Below, in pieces: positions 61,101 to 64,000 of a DNA stretch of 64,000 nt. The notes under the pieces were generated by a model. The model searched no databases, was not told the origin of the DNA, and saw only the letters and a program-made list of their open reading frames with translations. How positions within the stretch are numbered: the stretch's first letter is position 1; every line of letters begins with the position of its first letter. Made by a program: the position numbers and the translations under genes. This DNA comes from Eledone cirrhosa (taxonomy: Eukaryota): NCBI GenBank assembly GCA_964016885.1, contig OZ024748.1, positions 31,062,001 to 31,126,000 of the forward strand, written 5' to 3'.

Positions 61101-64000
61101 TGGAGCGAATCAGTGGTGGTGGACATTAGGTGGAGTGAATCAGTGGTGGTGGATATTAGGTGGAGTGAATCAGTGGTGGTGTGGCGGACATTAGGTGGAG
61201 AGAATCCTTGGTGGTGGGTATTTGATGGAGTGTATCAGTGGTGGTGGACATTAGGTGGAGTGTATCGGTAGTGGTGTGGTGGACATTAGGTGGAGTGAAT
61301 CTATGGTGGTGTGTTGGACATTAAGTAGGGTGAATCGGTGTTGGGGGACATTAGCTAGTGTTTATCAGTGGTGGTGTGGTGGACATTCGGTGGAGAGAAT
61401 CAGTGGTGCTGGACATTAGGTGGAATGCACCAGTGGTGGTGGACATTATGTAGAGTGAATCAGTGGCAGTGTGATGGACATTAGGTTGAGTGAATCATTG
61501 GTGGTGGACATTAGGTGGAGTGAATCAGTGGTGGTGTGGTGGACATCAGGTGGAGTGAATCAGTGGTGGTGTGCTGGACATTAGGTAGAGTGACTCGGTA
61601 GTGGGGTGGTGGACATTAGGTGGAGTGAATCAGTAGTGGTGGTTATTAGCTGGAGTGAATCAATGGTGGTGGACATTAGGTGGAGTGAATCAGTGGTGGT
61701 GTGGTGGACATTAGGTGGAGTGAATCTGTGTTGGTGGACATTAGGTAGAGTGAATCAGTGGTGGTGTGTTGGACATTAGGTGGAGTGAATCAGTGGTGTT
61801 GGACATTAGGTGGAGTGAATCAGTGGTGGTGTGGTGGATATTAGGTGGAGTGAATCAGTGCTGGTGGACATTAGGTAGAGTGAATCATTGGTGGTGTGTT
61901 AGACATTAGGTAGAGTGAATCAGTGGTGTTGGACATTAGGTGGAGTGAATCAGTGGTGGTGCGGTGGATATTAGGTGGAGTGAATCAGTGCTGGTGGACA
62001 TTAGGTAGAGTGAATCAGTGGTGGTGTGTTGGACATTAGGTGGAGTGAATCAGTGGTGTTGGACATTAGGTGGAGTGAATCAGTGGTGGTGGATATTAGG
62101 TGGAGTGAATCAGTGGTGGTGGATATTAGGTTGAGTGAATCAGTGGTGGTGGACATTAGGTGGAGCGAATCAGTGGTGGTGGACATTAGGTGGAGTGAAT
62201 CAGTGGTGGTGGATATTAGGTGGAGTGAATCAGTGGTGGTGTGGCGGACATTAGGTGGAGAGAATCCTTGGTGGTGGGTATTTGATGGAGTGTATCAGTG
62301 GTGGTGGACATTAGGTGGAGTGTATCGGTAGTGGTGTGGTGGACATTAGGTGGAGTGAATCTATGGTGGTGTGTTGGACATTAAGTAGGGTGAATCGGTG
62401 TTGGGGGACATTAGCTAGTGTTTATCAGTGGTGGTGTGGTGGACATTCGGTGGAGAGAATCAGTGGTGCTGGACATTAGGTGGAATGCACCAGTGGTGGT
62501 GGACATTATGTAGAGTGAATCAGTGGCAGTGTGATGGACATTAGGTTGAGTGAATCATTGGTGGTGGACATTAGGTGGAGTGAATCAGTGGTGGTGTGGT
62601 GGACATCAGGTGGAGTGAATCAGTGGTGGTGTGCTGGACATTAGGTAGAGTGACTCGGTAGTGGGGTGGTGGACATTAGGTGGAGTGAATCAGTAGTGGT
62701 GGTTATTAGCTGGAGTGAATCAATGGTGGTGGACATTAGGTGGAGTGAATCAGTGGTGGTGTGGTGGACATTAGGTGGAGTGAATCTGTGTTGGTGGACA
62801 TTAGGTAGAGTGAATCAGTGGTGGTGTGTTGGACATTAGGTGGAGTGAATCAGTGGTGTTGGACATTAGGTGGAGTGAATCAGTGGTGGTGTGGTGGATA
62901 TTAGGTGGAGTGAATCAGTGCTGGTGGACATTAGGTAGAGTGAATCATTGGTGGTGTGTTAGACATTAGGTGGAGTGAATCAGTGGTGTTGGACATTAGG
63001 TGGAGTGAATCAGTGGTGGTGTGGTGGATATTAGGTGGAGTGAATCAGTGCTGGTGGACATTAGGTAGAGTGAATCAGTGGTGGTGTGTTGGACATTAGG
63101 TGGAGTGAATCAGTGGTGTTGGACATTAGGTGGAGTGAATCAGTGGTGGTGGACATTAGGTAGAGTGAATCAGTGGTGGTGTGTTGGACATTAGGTGGAG
63201 TGAATCAGTGGTGTTGGACATTAGGTGGAGTGAATCAGTGGTGGAGTGGTGGACATTAGGTGGAGTGAATCAGTGGTGGTGGACATTAGGTGGAGTGAAT
63301 CAGTGGTGGTGTTGTGGACATTAGGTTGAGTGAATCGGTAGTGGTGTGGTGGACATTAGGTGGAGTGAATCAGTGGTGGTGCGCTGGATATTAGGTACGG
63401 TGAATCAGTGGTTGGAGCCATTAGGTAGAGTGAATCAGTGCTGGTTGACATTAGGTGGCGTGAATCAGTGGTGGTGGACATTAGGTGGAGTGAATCAGTG
63501 GTGGTGGATATTAGGTGGAGTGAATCAGTGGTGGTGGATATTAGGTTGAGTGAATCAGTGGTGGTGGATATTAGGTTGAGTGAATCATTGGTGGTGGACA
63601 TTAGGTGGTGTGAATCAGTGGCGGTGTGGCGGACATTAGGTGGAGAGAATCCTTGGTGGTGGGTATTTGATGGAGTGTATCAGTGGTGGTGGACATTAGG
63701 TAGAGTGAATCAGTGGTGGTGGACATTAGGTGGAGTGTATCGGTGGTGGTGTGCTGGACATTAGGTAGAGTGACTCGGTAGTGGGGTGGTGGACATTAGG
63801 TGGAGTGAATCAGTAGTGGTGGTTATTAGCTGGAGTGAATCAGCGGTGGTGGACATTAGGTAGAGTGAATCTGTGGTGGTGGATATTAGGTAGAGTGAAT
63901 CAGTGGTGGTGTGTTGGATATTAGGTGGAATGAATCAGCGATGGTGTGGTGGACATTAGGTGGCGTGAATCAGTGGTGGTGTGGTGGACATTAGGTGGAG
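43129..64000 (+). repeat. Satellite B, right of the insertion; homogeneous with nested higher-order repeats; runs off the window end
   Basis: Same 30/35-bp monomer. The marker TAGGTACGGTGAATCAGTGGTTGGAGCC recurs about 13 times, with offsets of 1415, 670, 2085, 5981 and 10192 bp taken from repeated ORF-track coordinates. Confidence 0.97.

Noticed and set aside
34280-63764. Repetitive ORFs (VVVDIRWSES, WWTLGGVNQW, MSTTTDSLHL)
   Set aside because: These are translations of the 30-bp monomer, and frames are broken by every 35-bp variant.
33585-64000. CRISPR-like array of ~30-35 bp repeats
   Set aside because: Units are head-to-tail with no unique spacers, there are no cas genes, and the context is eukaryotic.

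Overview
Eukaryotic (probably animal) heterochromatin with no credible protein-coding gene. About 1.8 kb of unique DNA is followed by two directly abutting satellite arrays. Satellite A (~1781-33584) has a 32/26-bp monomer built from telomere-like hexamers (AAACCCCAACCCCAAGCCTTAGACTTAGACTT). It flips strand at ~14727 and contains a ~540-bp fold-back inversion at 25966-26508. Satellite B (33585-end) has a 30/35-bp monomer (GGACATTAGGTGGAGTGAATCAGTGGTGGT[GTGGT]) with kb-scale higher-order repeats. Satellite B carries a 2397-bp non-autonomous Ty3/Gypsy-type element (40732-43128) with a 4-bp GACA target-site duplication, a tRNA-Trp-type PBS and a PPT. Its 3' LTR is cut short and fused to an inverted, slightly divergent LTR copy, so the inserted unit ends in ~355-bp terminal inverted repeats and presents the LTR 5' (U3) end at both termini. 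This element is the most interesting object in the window. The ORF-track entries in the arrays are repeat artefacts.
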